A program made the position numbers and the translations under genes. Shown here in pieces: positions 9,701 to 18,961 of a DNA stretch of 64,000 nucleotides. Under the pieces are notes generated by a model. The model was not told the DNA's origin. It was given only the letters and a program-made list of their open reading frames with translations, and ran no database searches. The stretch covers positions 2,464,001 to 2,528,000 of the forward strand of contig JAXHMG010000003.1 of assembly GCA_034521595.1 (NCBI GenBank), read 5' to 3'. The stretch comes from Gemmatimonadota bacterium (GTDB taxonomy: Bacteria; Gemmatimonadota; Gemmatimonadetes; Longimicrobiales; Gaopeijiaceae). Within the stretch, counting starts at the first letter, position 1; each line of letters begins with the position of its first letter.

Positions 9701-10585
9701 GACCAACGTCACTTCCTCCACGGGCGGATTACGGCGCAGGAACGAGGCGTAGCTCTCGAGGCGAACGTCGCCCCGACGCTCGAGCCCCGACAGCGTCGCG
9801 GCGAGCGCCATGTCCGACCACGGGTGGTGGTGTCCGAACGTCTCGCCGTCGGTCGCGAGCGAGACCAACCGCGTGTCCGGAGCTTTCGCCTGATTCGCCA
9901 AGTCACGGATCCACGCGTCGGCGTCGCCGAGCAGCGAGCCGAACGCCACGCCGTGCGAGAGCGCTCCGTCGTAGATGAAGACCGCGATCGAGCGGCCACC
10001 CCCAAGGGAGACTTTGCCCGGCATGCCGTCCGCCGGTGGCGTCTCCACTTGGTCCGGGGCGAGCACGGTGAAGGCGATCCCCTCGTCGGCGAGCACCTCG
10101 AGGGTCTCCGTGTCCACGGCCGTCTCCGGGAGCCACATCCCCTCGGGCTCCCGTCCGAATCGTCTACGAAAGTCGGCGATGCCCCACCGCACCTCGGTCA
10201 CCTTGTCACGGCGCGACGCCAGGGGGAGGATCATGTGGTGATATGGTGCGGCCAGGGCGTTGCCCGTGCCCGCACGGCCCACGCTGCGCGCATCGGCCTC
10301 CAGGAACGCGGCGTACGTCGCGGGTGCCTCCCGCGCGAGCCATCGAAGCAGGGTGGGGCCCGCATCCCAGCTCATCCATTCGAGGGTGTTGAGCACGTCG
10401 CGGATGCGCCCGTCTCGGTCCAGGACCCGCGCCTCCGTCACCGGACGATAGCATTCCGCCAGGATGCGCTCGTTCCAGTCGTGATACGGCGCCGCGGACA
10501 GTTCCCGGGGGACCCGCCCGGTCACGGGATCCTCCCGCGGCGGCTGATAGAAATGGCCGTGCACGACCACCGATGGACGGCTCAC
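6785..10585 (-). CDS. Tandem GH57 fusion: N-terminal DUF3536-type GH57 + C-terminal 4-alpha-glucanotransferase-like GH57
   Basis: Domain 1: HGHFYQPPRE, GMWLPETAV, ATDGETFGHH, SWSCAHGVERW, MFTSCGWFFDD. Domain 2: HLHQPVGNF, GLWLTERVWEP, DDGEKFGGWP, NDAYWHGVFGGLY. Confidence 0.88.
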   Translation of the reverse strand: MSRPSVVVHGHFYQPPREDPVTGRVPRELSAAPYHDWNERILAECYRPVTEARVLDRDGRIRDVLNTLEWMSWDAGPTLLRWLAREAPATYAAFLEADARSVGRAGTGNALAAPYHHMILPLASRRDKVTEVRWGIADFRRRFGREPEGMWLPETAVDTETLEVLADEGIAFTVLAPDQVETPPADGMPGKVSLGGGRSIAVFIYDGALSHGVAFGSLLGDADAWIRDLANQAKAPDTRLVSLATDGETFGHHHPWSDMALAATLSGLERRGDVRLESYASFLRRNPPVEEVTLVEPSSWSCAHGVERWRAACGCKVAPHEDTQQAWRKVLRDALDELAGDIHALFEEEASVWLDDPWALRDAYGRVLEGTLADKRAFVRDRARPGLDAEGIERLVALLEAEVDALRMFTSCGWFFDDLARLEPLQVLRYAAHALDLLGLAGGAWEERLRARLAEAESNDPAVGDGRRIWDEGVRRGRPITGTSAEVAPEFVSGGEPARTPSGSDARKGTRVRDAPLLTAVRRFLRAPGPEAAREASARAHALRPEDHETLRAAQTLFAHHTSRVPAGPDESSRRVAHALGFGESSFQPRALGGRRPVGFVFGLHLHQPVGNFDSVFRSHTDEVYLPFLERLADRELLPLSLHVSGPLLEWLERARHPLLDRIGDLASEGQVEMLLSGLYEPVLPALSRTERFEQIEWMSEWVERRFGVEASGLWLTERVWEPDLAEDLVGAGVRHAFVDDRHFLVAGHPPETLHRPHTTEAGGHGMALLPIDERLRYLVPFRPVSELEDYVRGLRGEDYPLAILADDGEKFGGWPGTAEWVWESGWLEDFLDTMTRLVDEGVVEMLGAGEAVETVPHAGPSYLPSAAYREMEGWSLPAASAVALEGIEETLERIGVADVGARFVRGGHWRNFMSMYPESGRMHRKASLLADLARQRDAPPAVRHAVGRARCNDAYWHGVFGGLYLKHLREAIWASLAEAEEALRVGEPLELEGLAVGGNGTRELWVHSHAFSSMVDLDRGGAVTELTSFAARLNLGDVLTRRWESYHRAGADTDKDAGSGSVGVSGSEGRDSGGGGSSDRHDKAAPDEGMPSIHDMEERLGFTELPPYDAEDRALTVERVLDGALDRETYEIADYEPLRVWSSERPEHAHETADGVVRIALSFEGRGALMKELTFEEDGALEIAYRWDPAAFPEDAWFAPELSLSRDVALVTDPEPADWWRYEIRTMSKSERGAESSVQGLSVTPLWPCSAGRARVRIEPGGVVS

Positions 10586-12123
10586 GACTCACGCTCCTCT
10601 TCCCCACCACCGCCTTCAACGATCCAACGGCGATGGTTCCGGGCCGCCTCGTATACATCCCCGTACTCGGCTGCCGACCGGTCCCAGCTGAAGTCCCGCT
10701 CCATCGCCGAGCGCACGCGCTCCTCCCACGCCGCTCGGTTCCGGTAGAGGTCGATCGCGTACCCGACGACTTCCTCGAGCGCCCACGGCTGGTACTCGTC
10801 GAACAGGAAGCCGGTGATGCGGTCCTCGACGGTGTCCGTCAGCCCTCCTACCCGCCGCGCGACCGGCAGGGCTCCGTACCGTTGCGCTCGCATCTGAGTG
10901 AGACCGCAGGGCTCGTAGAGGGAAGGCATCAGCAGAAAATCCGCTGCCGCCAGGAGCTTGTGCTCACGCTCCTCCGTGAACGAGAAGCTGTGCCCGATCC
11001 GGTCGGGCGCTTGGGTCGCCAGCCGGGCGATCGCCTCCTGGTAGCGCGCCTCGCCCTCGCCCAGAAACGCCCACTGCGCGTCCAGCCTCGGGATCATCTC
11101 CGCACCGAGGATGATGTCGAGTCCTTTCTGCTCGACGAGGCGCGCGCTCATCGCGAACAGCGGAGCGGTGGGATCCGGGGTGAGCCCCAGGCGCTTCTGG
11201 AACCACACCTTGCAACGGTCCTTTCCCGAGAGGTCCTCGGCAGTGTAAGGCGCTTCGATGGCCGGGTCGCTCGCCGGATTCCACACCTCGTAGTCGATCC
11301 CGTTGAGGATGCCCACGAACCGGTCCTGGAGCTGGTTGAAGGTGTCGTGCAGACCGAAACCACCCGTGTGGGTCCGGAGCTCGTGCGCGTGTGTCGGGCT
11401 GACCGTCGTCACCATGTCCGCGAAGACCAGCCCACCCTTGAGCAGGTTCACGTTCCCGTACCACTCCATCCGGTCCAACGTGAAGAGCTCCATGCCGAGA
11501 CCGAGCTCGGCCAGGGCCTCGGGAGGATAATGTCCTTGGTAACCCGCGTTGTGGACGGTGAGCACCGACGCGACGTCATCGTAGAACGGGTCGTCGGCCA
11601 GGACGGTTCGGAGGTACACCGGCGCGAGCGCGGTATGCCAGTCGTGGGGATGGATGAGCACCGGCGCGTCCCCGAAGCGGGGAAGGCACTGGAGCACGGC
11701 CCGACAAAAGAAGGAGAAGCGGAGGTGGTTGTCCGGATAGTCGTGCCCCTCGCCGTAGAGCCCCGGTCGGTCGAAAAACCCGTCGTGCTCCACGAAATAC
11801 ACGCTCGGACCCTCCTCGCCCACCGCCGCGTCCTCGAAGATCCTCGCCCACTCGGGCCCTCGCGACGTCGGCACCTCGAACCCGTCCCCCACCGCGCGGA
11901 GCTCCGCGGCGGACTCACGCACCCGACGGTATAGGGGCATAAAGACCGAGGTCTTCCGTCCCGCCCTGGCTTGGTAGGTCGCGATTCCCCGCACGGCCTC
12001 CGCCAGGCCGCCGGTACGGGCATACGGCCAGTATTCGGTGGCCAGGTGAACCACGGCGTGGCCCTCGCTGGATCGCCGCGTGTTCTGGACAGAGGAATGG
12101 GCGTCGGCGGCTGCTGGTGGCAT
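10582..12123 (-). CDS. glgA: Glycogen synthase (GT5)
   Basis: RTGGL, HDWHT, TVHNAGYQG, GILNGID and PSLYEPCGLTQM motifs. Confidence 0.93.
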   Translation of the reverse strand: MPPAAADAHSSVQNTRRSSEGHAVVHLATEYWPYARTGGLAEAVRGIATYQARAGRKTSVFMPLYRRVRESAAELRAVGDGFEVPTSRGPEWARIFEDAAVGEEGPSVYFVEHDGFFDRPGLYGEGHDYPDNHLRFSFFCRAVLQCLPRFGDAPVLIHPHDWHTALAPVYLRTVLADDPFYDDVASVLTVHNAGYQGHYPPEALAELGLGMELFTLDRMEWYGNVNLLKGGLVFADMVTTVSPTHAHELRTHTGGFGLHDTFNQLQDRFVGILNGIDYEVWNPASDPAIEAPYTAEDLSGKDRCKVWFQKRLGLTPDPTAPLFAMSARLVEQKGLDIILGAEMIPRLDAQWAFLGEGEARYQEAIARLATQAPDRIGHSFSFTEEREHKLLAAADFLLMPSLYEPCGLTQMRAQRYGALPVARRVGGLTDTVEDRITGFLFDEYQPWALEEVVGYAIDLYRNRAAWEERVRSAMERDFSWDRSAAEYGDVYEAARNHRRWIVEGGGGEEERES

Positions 12124-12242
12124 GGCGGAGGCTCGGCTGACGGTGGACCCGGCGGACGTGTTGCCACAACATACACTTGTGGAGGGGCCAGTTCGAACCC
12201 CTCTTACCCACCGTTTCCCTTTTCGTCGATGTCGGAGCCCTC

Positions 12243-14465
12243 GTGACCGTTCTCTCCGAAGAAGTCGTCGATGCGCTCGCCGCCGGAACGCTCGATACGC
12301 CTTTCGACGTGCTGGGCATCCACCCGGCCCCGAAGGAGCGGGGAAAGCGTTCGGACGGCAAGGTGATCCGGGCGTTCATTCCGTGGGCCCGGTCGATCCA
12401 CGTCGTCCGCGGCGACACGCGCATCCCGATGGAGCGCCTCCACGCGTCCGGGCTGTACGTGGCGTCCTTCGACGACGAAGCGTTCTTCCCCTACCGGCTC
12501 TCCGTCGAAGACCCGAACGGGCGCGAGTGGGAGATCGACGATCCGTACCGGTTCCCCCCGGGGCTCGACGAGTCTCGCGTGCGCGCCTTCCTCTCGGGGC
12601 GCGAGCGACGCGTGCACCAGGTTCTCGGAGCGCGGCCGATGGAGCTGGACGGGGTCGCCGGCACGCTCTTCGCCGTATGGGCACCCCATGCCCGGGCCAT
12701 ATCGGTCATGGGAGACATGAACGGCTGGGACGGACGCTGTCACCCGATGCGCTTCCGTGGCGACACGGGTGTCTGGGAGCTGTTCATTCCCGCCGTCGGG
12801 CGAGGAGCTCGCTACAAGTTCCGGATCGTCGATTGCCACGGCGCCGTATTGGAAAAGACCGACCCTTGCGGCCGCGCCGTCGAGCTGCGACCGGCGACGG
12901 CCTCGGAGGTATGGCGAGAGGACCGGTATCACTGGGCCGATGACGATTGGATGGAGGAACGCACGCGCTGGGACGCGGACCGCTCACCGATCTCGGTCTA
13001 CGAAGTCCATCTCGGGTCTTGGCTCCGGAGGGACGACCGTCCCGGCGAGGATCCGGGCTGGCTGACGTACCGGCAGCTCGCCGACCGGCTCGTGCCGTAC
13101 GCGGCCGACATGGGCTTCACCCACCTCGAGCTACTCCCCGTGCTGGAGCATCCGCTGGACCAGAGCTGGGGCTACCAACCGCTCGGCTTCTTCGCGCCCA
13201 CCTCCCGGTTCGGGACTCCCGACGACTTTCGGTACTTCGTCGACCGGGCGCATCAGGCCGGTATCGGCGTCATCCTCGACTGGGTTCCGGGGCACTTCCC
13301 GGAAGACGCGCACGGCCTGGTCCGCTTCGACGGGACGGATCTCTACGAGCACGCGGCCCCGGGTCAGGCACGCCACCCGGACTGGGGCACGCTGTCCTTC
13401 GACTTCGAGAGTCCGGCCGTGCGGTCGTTCCTGATCTCCAGCGCGCTGCACTGGCTCGAGGACTATCACCTGGACGGACTACGCGTGGACGCGGTCGCCT
13501 CCATGCTCTACCTGGACTACTCCCGCCGCGAGGGCGAGTGGACCCCCAATATCCACGGCGGTAGGGAGAACCTGGGTGCCGTAGCCTTCCTGAAGGAGCT
13601 CAACGACGCGGTGCACGCGGAGTGCCCCGGAGCACTCACCATCGCGGAAGAGTCCACGTCCTGGCCCCAGGTGTCGCACGGCACGGACAGGGGCGGCCTC
13701 GGCTTCGACCAGAAGTGGAACATGGGGTGGATGAACGACACCCTGGAGGTCATGGAGACGGATCCGCTCTACCGGAAGTACCGCTACGGAAGCTTCACCT
13801 TCTCGCTGCTCTACGCCTTCAGCGAGCGCTTCGTTCTCCCGTTCTCGCACGACGAAGTGGTCCACGGGAAGCTGTCCATGCTCTCCAAGATGCCGGGCCC
13901 CAACGTGGAGAAGTTCGCCAACCTGCGGGCCCTTTACGGCTTTCAGTGGGCACACCCCGGGAAGAAGCTCCTTTTCATGGGATGTGAGCTCGGGCAGTGG
14001 ACCGAGTGGAGCGTGGACGGGTCCCTCGACTGGCCCTTGCTGGATTTCGAAACGCACGAAGGACTCCGCCTGCTCGTCGGTGATTTGAACCGACTCTACC
14101 GCGAGGAGCCGGCTCTCCACGTCCAGGACTTTCACCCGGACGGCTTCGAGTGGCTCGACTGTGAGGACGCGAACCGCGTCCTCCTGGCTTGGGTGCGGTG
14201 GGCCCCCGAGTGGCGGGACTACATCGCCGTCGCCGTCAACCTGACGCCAGTGCCCCGGCCGGACTTCAAGCTTCCGGTTCCGTTCTCCGGGCGTCACCGG
14301 GTGGTGCTCAACACGGACGCGCCGGAATACGGGGCCGACGGCGGGCTGTTGGTTCCGCCCACGCTCGACACCCGTGCCGAGTCGTACAAAGGACGCGAGC
14401 ATGTGCTCGACCTGCCGCTGCCCGGCCTGTCGACCATCTACGTCAAGCCCGACGAGCCAGGCTGA
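12243..14465 (+). CDS. glgB: 1,4-alpha-glucan branching enzyme (GH13)
   Basis: FAVWAP, YEVHLGSW, SWGYQ, DGLRVDAVASMLY, IAEESTSW and SHDEVVHGK. Start uncertain (GTG 12243 or 12177). Confidence 0.95.
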   Translation: MTVLSEEVVDALAAGTLDTPFDVLGIHPAPKERGKRSDGKVIRAFIPWARSIHVVRGDTRIPMERLHASGLYVASFDDEAFFPYRLSVEDPNGREWEIDDPYRFPPGLDESRVRAFLSGRERRVHQVLGARPMELDGVAGTLFAVWAPHARAISVMGDMNGWDGRCHPMRFRGDTGVWELFIPAVGRGARYKFRIVDCHGAVLEKTDPCGRAVELRPATASEVWREDRYHWADDDWMEERTRWDADRSPISVYEVHLGSWLRRDDRPGEDPGWLTYRQLADRLVPYAADMGFTHLELLPVLEHPLDQSWGYQPLGFFAPTSRFGTPDDFRYFVDRAHQAGIGVILDWVPGHFPEDAHGLVRFDGTDLYEHAAPGQARHPDWGTLSFDFESPAVRSFLISSALHWLEDYHLDGLRVDAVASMLYLDYSRREGEWTPNIHGGRENLGAVAFLKELNDAVHAECPGALTIAEESTSWPQVSHGTDRGGLGFDQKWNMGWMNDTLEVMETDPLYRKYRYGSFTFSLLYAFSERFVLPFSHDEVVHGKLSMLSKMPGPNVEKFANLRALYGFQWAHPGKKLLFMGCELGQWTEWSVDGSLDWPLLDFETHEGLRLLVGDLNRLYREEPALHVQDFHPDGFEWLDCEDANRVLLAWVRWAPEWRDYIAVAVNLTPVPRPDFKLPVPFSGRHRVVLNTDAPEYGADGGLLVPPTLDTRAESYKGREHVLDLPLPGLSTIYVKPDEPG

Positions 14466-14489
14466 CCGACGGCCGACGGGACACGCTTG

Positions 14490-16694
14490 CTACGGCCCGT
14501 CTCCCGACGCGACTCCGGCCTTTTCCGAGCCCACCCCGACCGGTGGATCGTCTTCCTCCAGAACACCCTGCAGGGCGGGCGCGTAGAATTTCGATGCGTA
14601 GTCCTGTACCATCCGCCGCGCTGTGAAGGACTGGCCGGCCGAACGCAGGGCGTGCTTCATGTAATGCACGAATTTGCGCGGGACCCCGTCCTCGTCCTCC
14701 TCGTAGTAGAGCGGCACGACCTCGCGCTCGAGGATCTCGAAGAGCGCTTCGTGATCCTGAGCATCGACCTCCTCCTCGGTGCCTTCGGCTCGAGGGAGCG
14801 CCCAACCGTTGTCGCCCGTGAAGCCCTCGGCCCACCATCCGTCCAGCGTGCTCAGATGCGGCACGCAGTTCAGGGCGGCCTTCATGCCGCTCGTGCCCGA
14901 CGCCTCCATGGGGGCACGGGGCGTATTGAGCCAGACGTCGACCCCCTGGACCAGCCGGTGAGCGACGTGGAGCTCGTAATCCTCCATGAACGCGATGCGC
15001 CCCTCGTATCGAGGATCCCGAGTCGCCTGCCACACCTTCTGGAGAACCCGCTTCGCCGTGTCGTCGGCGGGGTGCGCCTTACCGGCGAACACGAGCTGAA
15101 CCGGCCTGCGCGGATCGGTCAGGAGCCGAGCCAGGCGCTCCTCGTCCATGAACAGCAGGTGCGCGCGCTTGTACGTGGCGAAGCGCCGCGCGAACCCGAG
15201 CGTGAGGGGCTCGGGCGCCAGTAACGTCCCACGTCCCACCAGCTGCGACGCCTCCTTCCAGAGGTCCCGCCACCGGGTGCGGGACTCCTCACGGCAGAAG
15301 TGCAACAACACCTTCTTCAGCTCGACGTGTGCCTCCCAGAGCTTCCTGTCGTCCAGCTCGAGCACGCGGTCCCACAGAGTCGGATCGTCGAGGTGGGATC
15401 CCCAATCGGCCCCCAGGTGCTCGTCGAGCAGCTCCATGTATCGATGAGACATCCAGGTGCCCAGGTGCACTCCGTTCGTGACGCCCTGGATCGGCACGTG
15501 TGCCACGTCGCGGCCGGGCCACAAGCACGTCCAGAGCTTGCGGGTGACGTCCTTGTGTAGGGCCGACACGCCGTTGACGTGTCCGGCAAGGCGAATCGCG
15601 GCGGCCGTCATGTGGAAGCGGTTGTGATCGATCTCCGGGTGATTGCCGATCGCCCCGAAGCTCTCCCGGTCCATTCCGACGGATTCGTGATACTCGCCGC
15701 ACACGGAATCGATGAGCTCGGGGGGAAACATGTCGTGGCCTGCGGGAACCGGCGTGTGCGTGGTGAAGACGGACCGCGACCGCACCGCTCGCACCGCTTC
15801 GTCCAGGCTCGCTCCGTCGGCCACGTGCTCGCGAAGGCGCTCGACCATCATGAACGCGGCGTGCCCTTCGTTCGCATGCCATGCTCCCGGCTCGATACCG
15901 AGCGCGCGAAGCACGCGTACGCCCCCGACTCCCAGGATCCATTCCTGCTTGAGTCGATGCTCCCGCCCACCACCGTAAAGCTGATACGTGAGCTCTCGGT
16001 CCTCCGGGTCGTTCTCCGGAAGATTGGTATCGAGGAGCACGAGCTTCGACCGTCCCACCCTGAGCTCCCAGGCTCCGATGGCCACGTCCTGGCCACCGGT
16101 CTCGAGCACCGTCAGCGTGGTTTCACCCTCCGGCCCGGAGAGCCTCACGAGCGGCATGACGTTGGGGTCGAACTCTTCGTCCGATCCCTCCTGCCACCCC
16201 TCCAGATTCAGGTGCTGGTCGAAGTAGCCCTTCGAATAGAGGAGTCCGACGCCCACCAGCGGCACGCCCAGATCCGACGCGGCCTTACAGTGGTCTCCGG
16301 CCAGGACGCCCAACCCCCCCGAGTAGATCGGGATGGAGTTGTGGAGTGCGAATTCCGCGCAGAAGTAGGCGACGGGCGCGGAGCCCAGGTTCGGGAACTG
16401 GTGCCGGAACCAGGTGTCCTCCGATTCGAGGGCGTGGTCGATCTCTTCCGCCACAGCATCGAGCTCTTCGAGGAACTCGGGATCGTTCGCGAGGTGCGCG
16501 AGCCGGCCCGGATCCATCTGCCGAAGGAGCGCGACCGGATTGTGCCGGAGCGCGGACCAGAGCACCGGGTCGAACTCGTTGCGGAAGAAGCTCCGAGCAC
16601 GCCGGTTCCAGCGCCAGATCAGGTTGAGCGAGAGTCGTTCGAGATCCTGCACACGTTCAGGCAGGAAGGGGATCTTGCCGGTACCGTCATTCAT
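14490..16694 (-). CDS. glgP: Alpha-glucan (glycogen/maltodextrin) phosphorylase
   Basis: YSGGLGVLAGDH, NEGH, FTTHTP, RRFATYKR and the PLP-lysine motif EASGTSGMK. Confidence 0.95.
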   Translation of the reverse strand: MNDGTGKIPFLPERVQDLERLSLNLIWRWNRRARSFFRNEFDPVLWSALRHNPVALLRQMDPGRLAHLANDPEFLEELDAVAEEIDHALESEDTWFRHQFPNLGSAPVAYFCAEFALHNSIPIYSGGLGVLAGDHCKAASDLGVPLVGVGLLYSKGYFDQHLNLEGWQEGSDEEFDPNVMPLVRLSGPEGETTLTVLETGGQDVAIGAWELRVGRSKLVLLDTNLPENDPEDRELTYQLYGGGREHRLKQEWILGVGGVRVLRALGIEPGAWHANEGHAAFMMVERLREHVADGASLDEAVRAVRSRSVFTTHTPVPAGHDMFPPELIDSVCGEYHESVGMDRESFGAIGNHPEIDHNRFHMTAAAIRLAGHVNGVSALHKDVTRKLWTCLWPGRDVAHVPIQGVTNGVHLGTWMSHRYMELLDEHLGADWGSHLDDPTLWDRVLELDDRKLWEAHVELKKVLLHFCREESRTRWRDLWKEASQLVGRGTLLAPEPLTLGFARRFATYKRAHLLFMDEERLARLLTDPRRPVQLVFAGKAHPADDTAKRVLQKVWQATRDPRYEGRIAFMEDYELHVAHRLVQGVDVWLNTPRAPMEASGTSGMKAALNCVPHLSTLDGWWAEGFTGDNGWALPRAEGTEEEVDAQDHEALFEILEREVVPLYYEEDEDGVPRKFVHYMKHALRSAGQSFTARRMVQDYASKFYAPALQGVLEEDDPPVGVGSEKAGVASGDGP

Positions 16695-16895
16695 CGGATG
16701 TACGTCCGTGACCCGTAAGCCGGGCCCTGTGGGCGGAAGGTGCGGTGGAATCTCGTCGGCGGTCGACCTCCTGTGAAGGCCCGCGTGAGGCCCGCGGAGG
16801 CCACGGTGCATGGACACCGCACGTCTCCCGGCAACGTCGGACTCCCCACACTGACTCCACCTACGGTTTCTCCGCCGAGCACGCCGAGCTCAGGC

Positions 16896-17411
16896 CTAGC
16901 GGCCGAAGTCCAGGATCCCGAGCAACCAGGACAAGGGAAGGCTGAAATTCGGGTCGGTACGCTGACGTTCACTTCCGGATCCCGATAGCGTGGCCTGGAA
17001 GAGCGCGTAGGTTCCCGCGACCCCCGCGACCGCCAACGCTCCAGCCGCGATTGAACGCTCCCGTGAAAGGGTCTTCACCTGCATCTGTCGGATATCCGCC
17101 TGCGGGATGCGCAACGTGTCCACCAGGGTCTCGCTGTGACCGGGCCCCAGGTGGCGTGCCGGCACGCGGGCCCTGAGCAAGACGTCACTCGTGTCGTGCG
17201 AGAGTACCTGTCCCGTCACATCCGAGAGAGCCAACGCGCGCCGTTCCATCAGGTTGTCCCGGCCCGCGCCCGTGAGCTCCACCCGCACGTCCTGGCCCAA
17301 GGCGGGTTCCGGCGCATCGACCGCCTGATACGTGAAACAAGCCGTTCCGAGCGGGACGATACACGTCAGGGCGATGAGCCTCGTCCACCACAACCGCGAA
17401 CCGTTCTTCAT
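16896..17411 (-). CDS. Hypothetical lipoprotein with C-terminal hydrophobic segment
   Basis: Signal peptide with lipobox-like LGTAC; fills the gap between glgP and susD. Confidence 0.6.
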   Translation of the reverse strand: MKNGSRLWWTRLIALTCIVPLGTACFTYQAVDAPEPALGQDVRVELTGAGRDNLMERRALALSDVTGQVLSHDTSDVLLRARVPARHLGPGHSETLVDTLRIPQADIRQMQVKTLSRERSIAAGALAVAGVAGTYALFQATLSGSGSERQRTDPNFSLPLSWLLGILDFGR

Positions 17412-17494
17412 ACGAGCACTCCGACCGACCTAAAAGGAATCACGCTCGCCGTGGTCCGGCCGAACCGTTCGGCGTGAGCACCCTAGATACCCGA

Positions 17495-17524
17495 ACGGCC
17501 TCCCGGCGTTCGCCGGGAGGCCGT
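17495..17524 (-). terminator. Perfect 14-bp inverted repeat downstream of susD
   Basis: ACGGCCTCCCGGCG-TT-CGCCGGGAGGCCGT. Confidence 0.6.
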
Positions 17525-17558
17525 GGGCATGGAGCTCGGACTCAGGGTCCGGTGCAGC

Positions 17559-18944
17559 TCAGCAGGTACCGAGAATAAAGCAGTTCGAAACCCGCTCACC
17601 CTGACCGATCACGAACACCTGACCGGGATTGGTGACGGCATCGGACGTGCTGCTCCAGCGCGGGGCGGTCACACCGAAGCGGTACATGTCCCACAACCGA
17701 CGCGTGACCATGTTGTACAGGTTCACGCGCCGCTCGTGCTGGAGAACCTCCAACGGCTCGGGATGGAGGGGGTTGTCGACATCATACTCGTCATGCGGAT
17801 GATCCGGATTCTTCATGGCCCGCACGTGGTTCAGATGCGTCTCGGCGATATCGTCCTCACCGTCGGCGATGGCCGCCTCGGCCAGGATCAGGTGGAGCTC
17901 CCTGGCCGTGACGACGTCGACTTCGGGGTAGAGGAACGCATCCACGAACTCCGTGATGCGCGCCTGGAGCGCCTGGTCCGGCATGTCGTCGATCGGGTCG
18001 AGCAGCGAGATCGCCGCTTCATCCGTATCGCCGTCGCCGTCGGCATCGTCCTCATCCTGCGCAACCGACTTTCCGCTCCCACTGATCACGACGTACTCGT
18101 CGGCCGGCACGAACTCCTGCCGGGAGTTCACCCAGGACCCCTGGGGGCTTTCGCTCGTCGACGATTGGAAGCGGAATCGGTATGCCCAATCCTCGTCCAC
18201 TCCGATCGCGTCGATCACGTCCTGAGCGTAACCATTGGCGGTCGCGTCGTTCACCAGCGGATCCGCCGTCGGGTCACCCTGCATCTTGGGCCACATGGCC
18301 CGCCCCCAGTGCGCGCGAGCCAACAGCGCGCGGATGGTGGTCGCGTCGCTGCCGCTCGCGAGCGCGAGCGCCGACTCGAGCCGGTCGATCGCGGTATCGT
18401 AGACCGACTGCATGTTGTCTTCGCCGACCGGCGGCCCCACCTCGATGCGGTCGGAGAACGCGAAGTCCTCCATGTTGTCCGCGATCGTCATGTGCATGAT
18501 GCCGGAGTACATGTTGGCGCGCATGACTTGCTCATCGTCCGCGCCGAACTCCACCGCGAGGCGCAGCGCCTCTTCGGCCGTCCAGGTCGCTTCCGCGAAT
18601 ACGTCGGTGAGAGCGTCACTTCGCCCGGACGGCGTCGTGATGATTCCCCGGTCGAGCTCGGCCGCCCAGTTCTGGGAGCCGGTATGCGTGAGCTCGTCGC
18701 TCAGGGCCGTCGTCGAGACGGCCGCGTCTCCGACCGCCTCCGAGGTGAGCTGCAACGCCCCGTTGACCAGGGCCGAAACCGCCTCCGCGTTCTCGAGGTC
18801 CGACTGAACCACGTTGTTGGGGTTTTCTACGTCTAGCAAGCTGTCACAGCCGGTCGCGCCCACGGCGAATGCCGCAGTCAGAAGCCCCGCGCTCAGGCGG
18901 TTCAGCTTCCGCCGGCTTTTGTAGCCAGTTTGTACGGATTGCAT
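17559..18944 (-). CDS. SusD/RagB-like surface lipoprotein
   Basis: Lipobox ATGC followed by DSLLDVENPN; ELHLILAEAA, LNHVR, ERRVNLY and RLWDMYRFG SusD-type C-terminal motifs; directly downstream of SusC. Confidence 0.85.
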   Translation of the reverse strand: MQSVQTGYKSRRKLNRLSAGLLTAAFAVGATGCDSLLDVENPNNVVQSDLENAEAVSALVNGALQLTSEAVGDAAVSTTALSDELTHTGSQNWAAELDRGIITTPSGRSDALTDVFAEATWTAEEALRLAVEFGADDEQVMRANMYSGIMHMTIADNMEDFAFSDRIEVGPPVGEDNMQSVYDTAIDRLESALALASGSDATTIRALLARAHWGRAMWPKMQGDPTADPLVNDATANGYAQDVIDAIGVDEDWAYRFRFQSSTSESPQGSWVNSRQEFVPADEYVVISGSGKSVAQDEDDADGDGDTDEAAISLLDPIDDMPDQALQARITEFVDAFLYPEVDVVTARELHLILAEAAIADGEDDIAETHLNHVRAMKNPDHPHDEYDVDNPLHPEPLEVLQHERRVNLYNMVTRRLWDMYRFGVTAPRWSSTSDAVTNPGQVFVIGQGERVSNCFILGTC

Positions 18945-18961
18945 ATGAGATTCTCCGTTGA

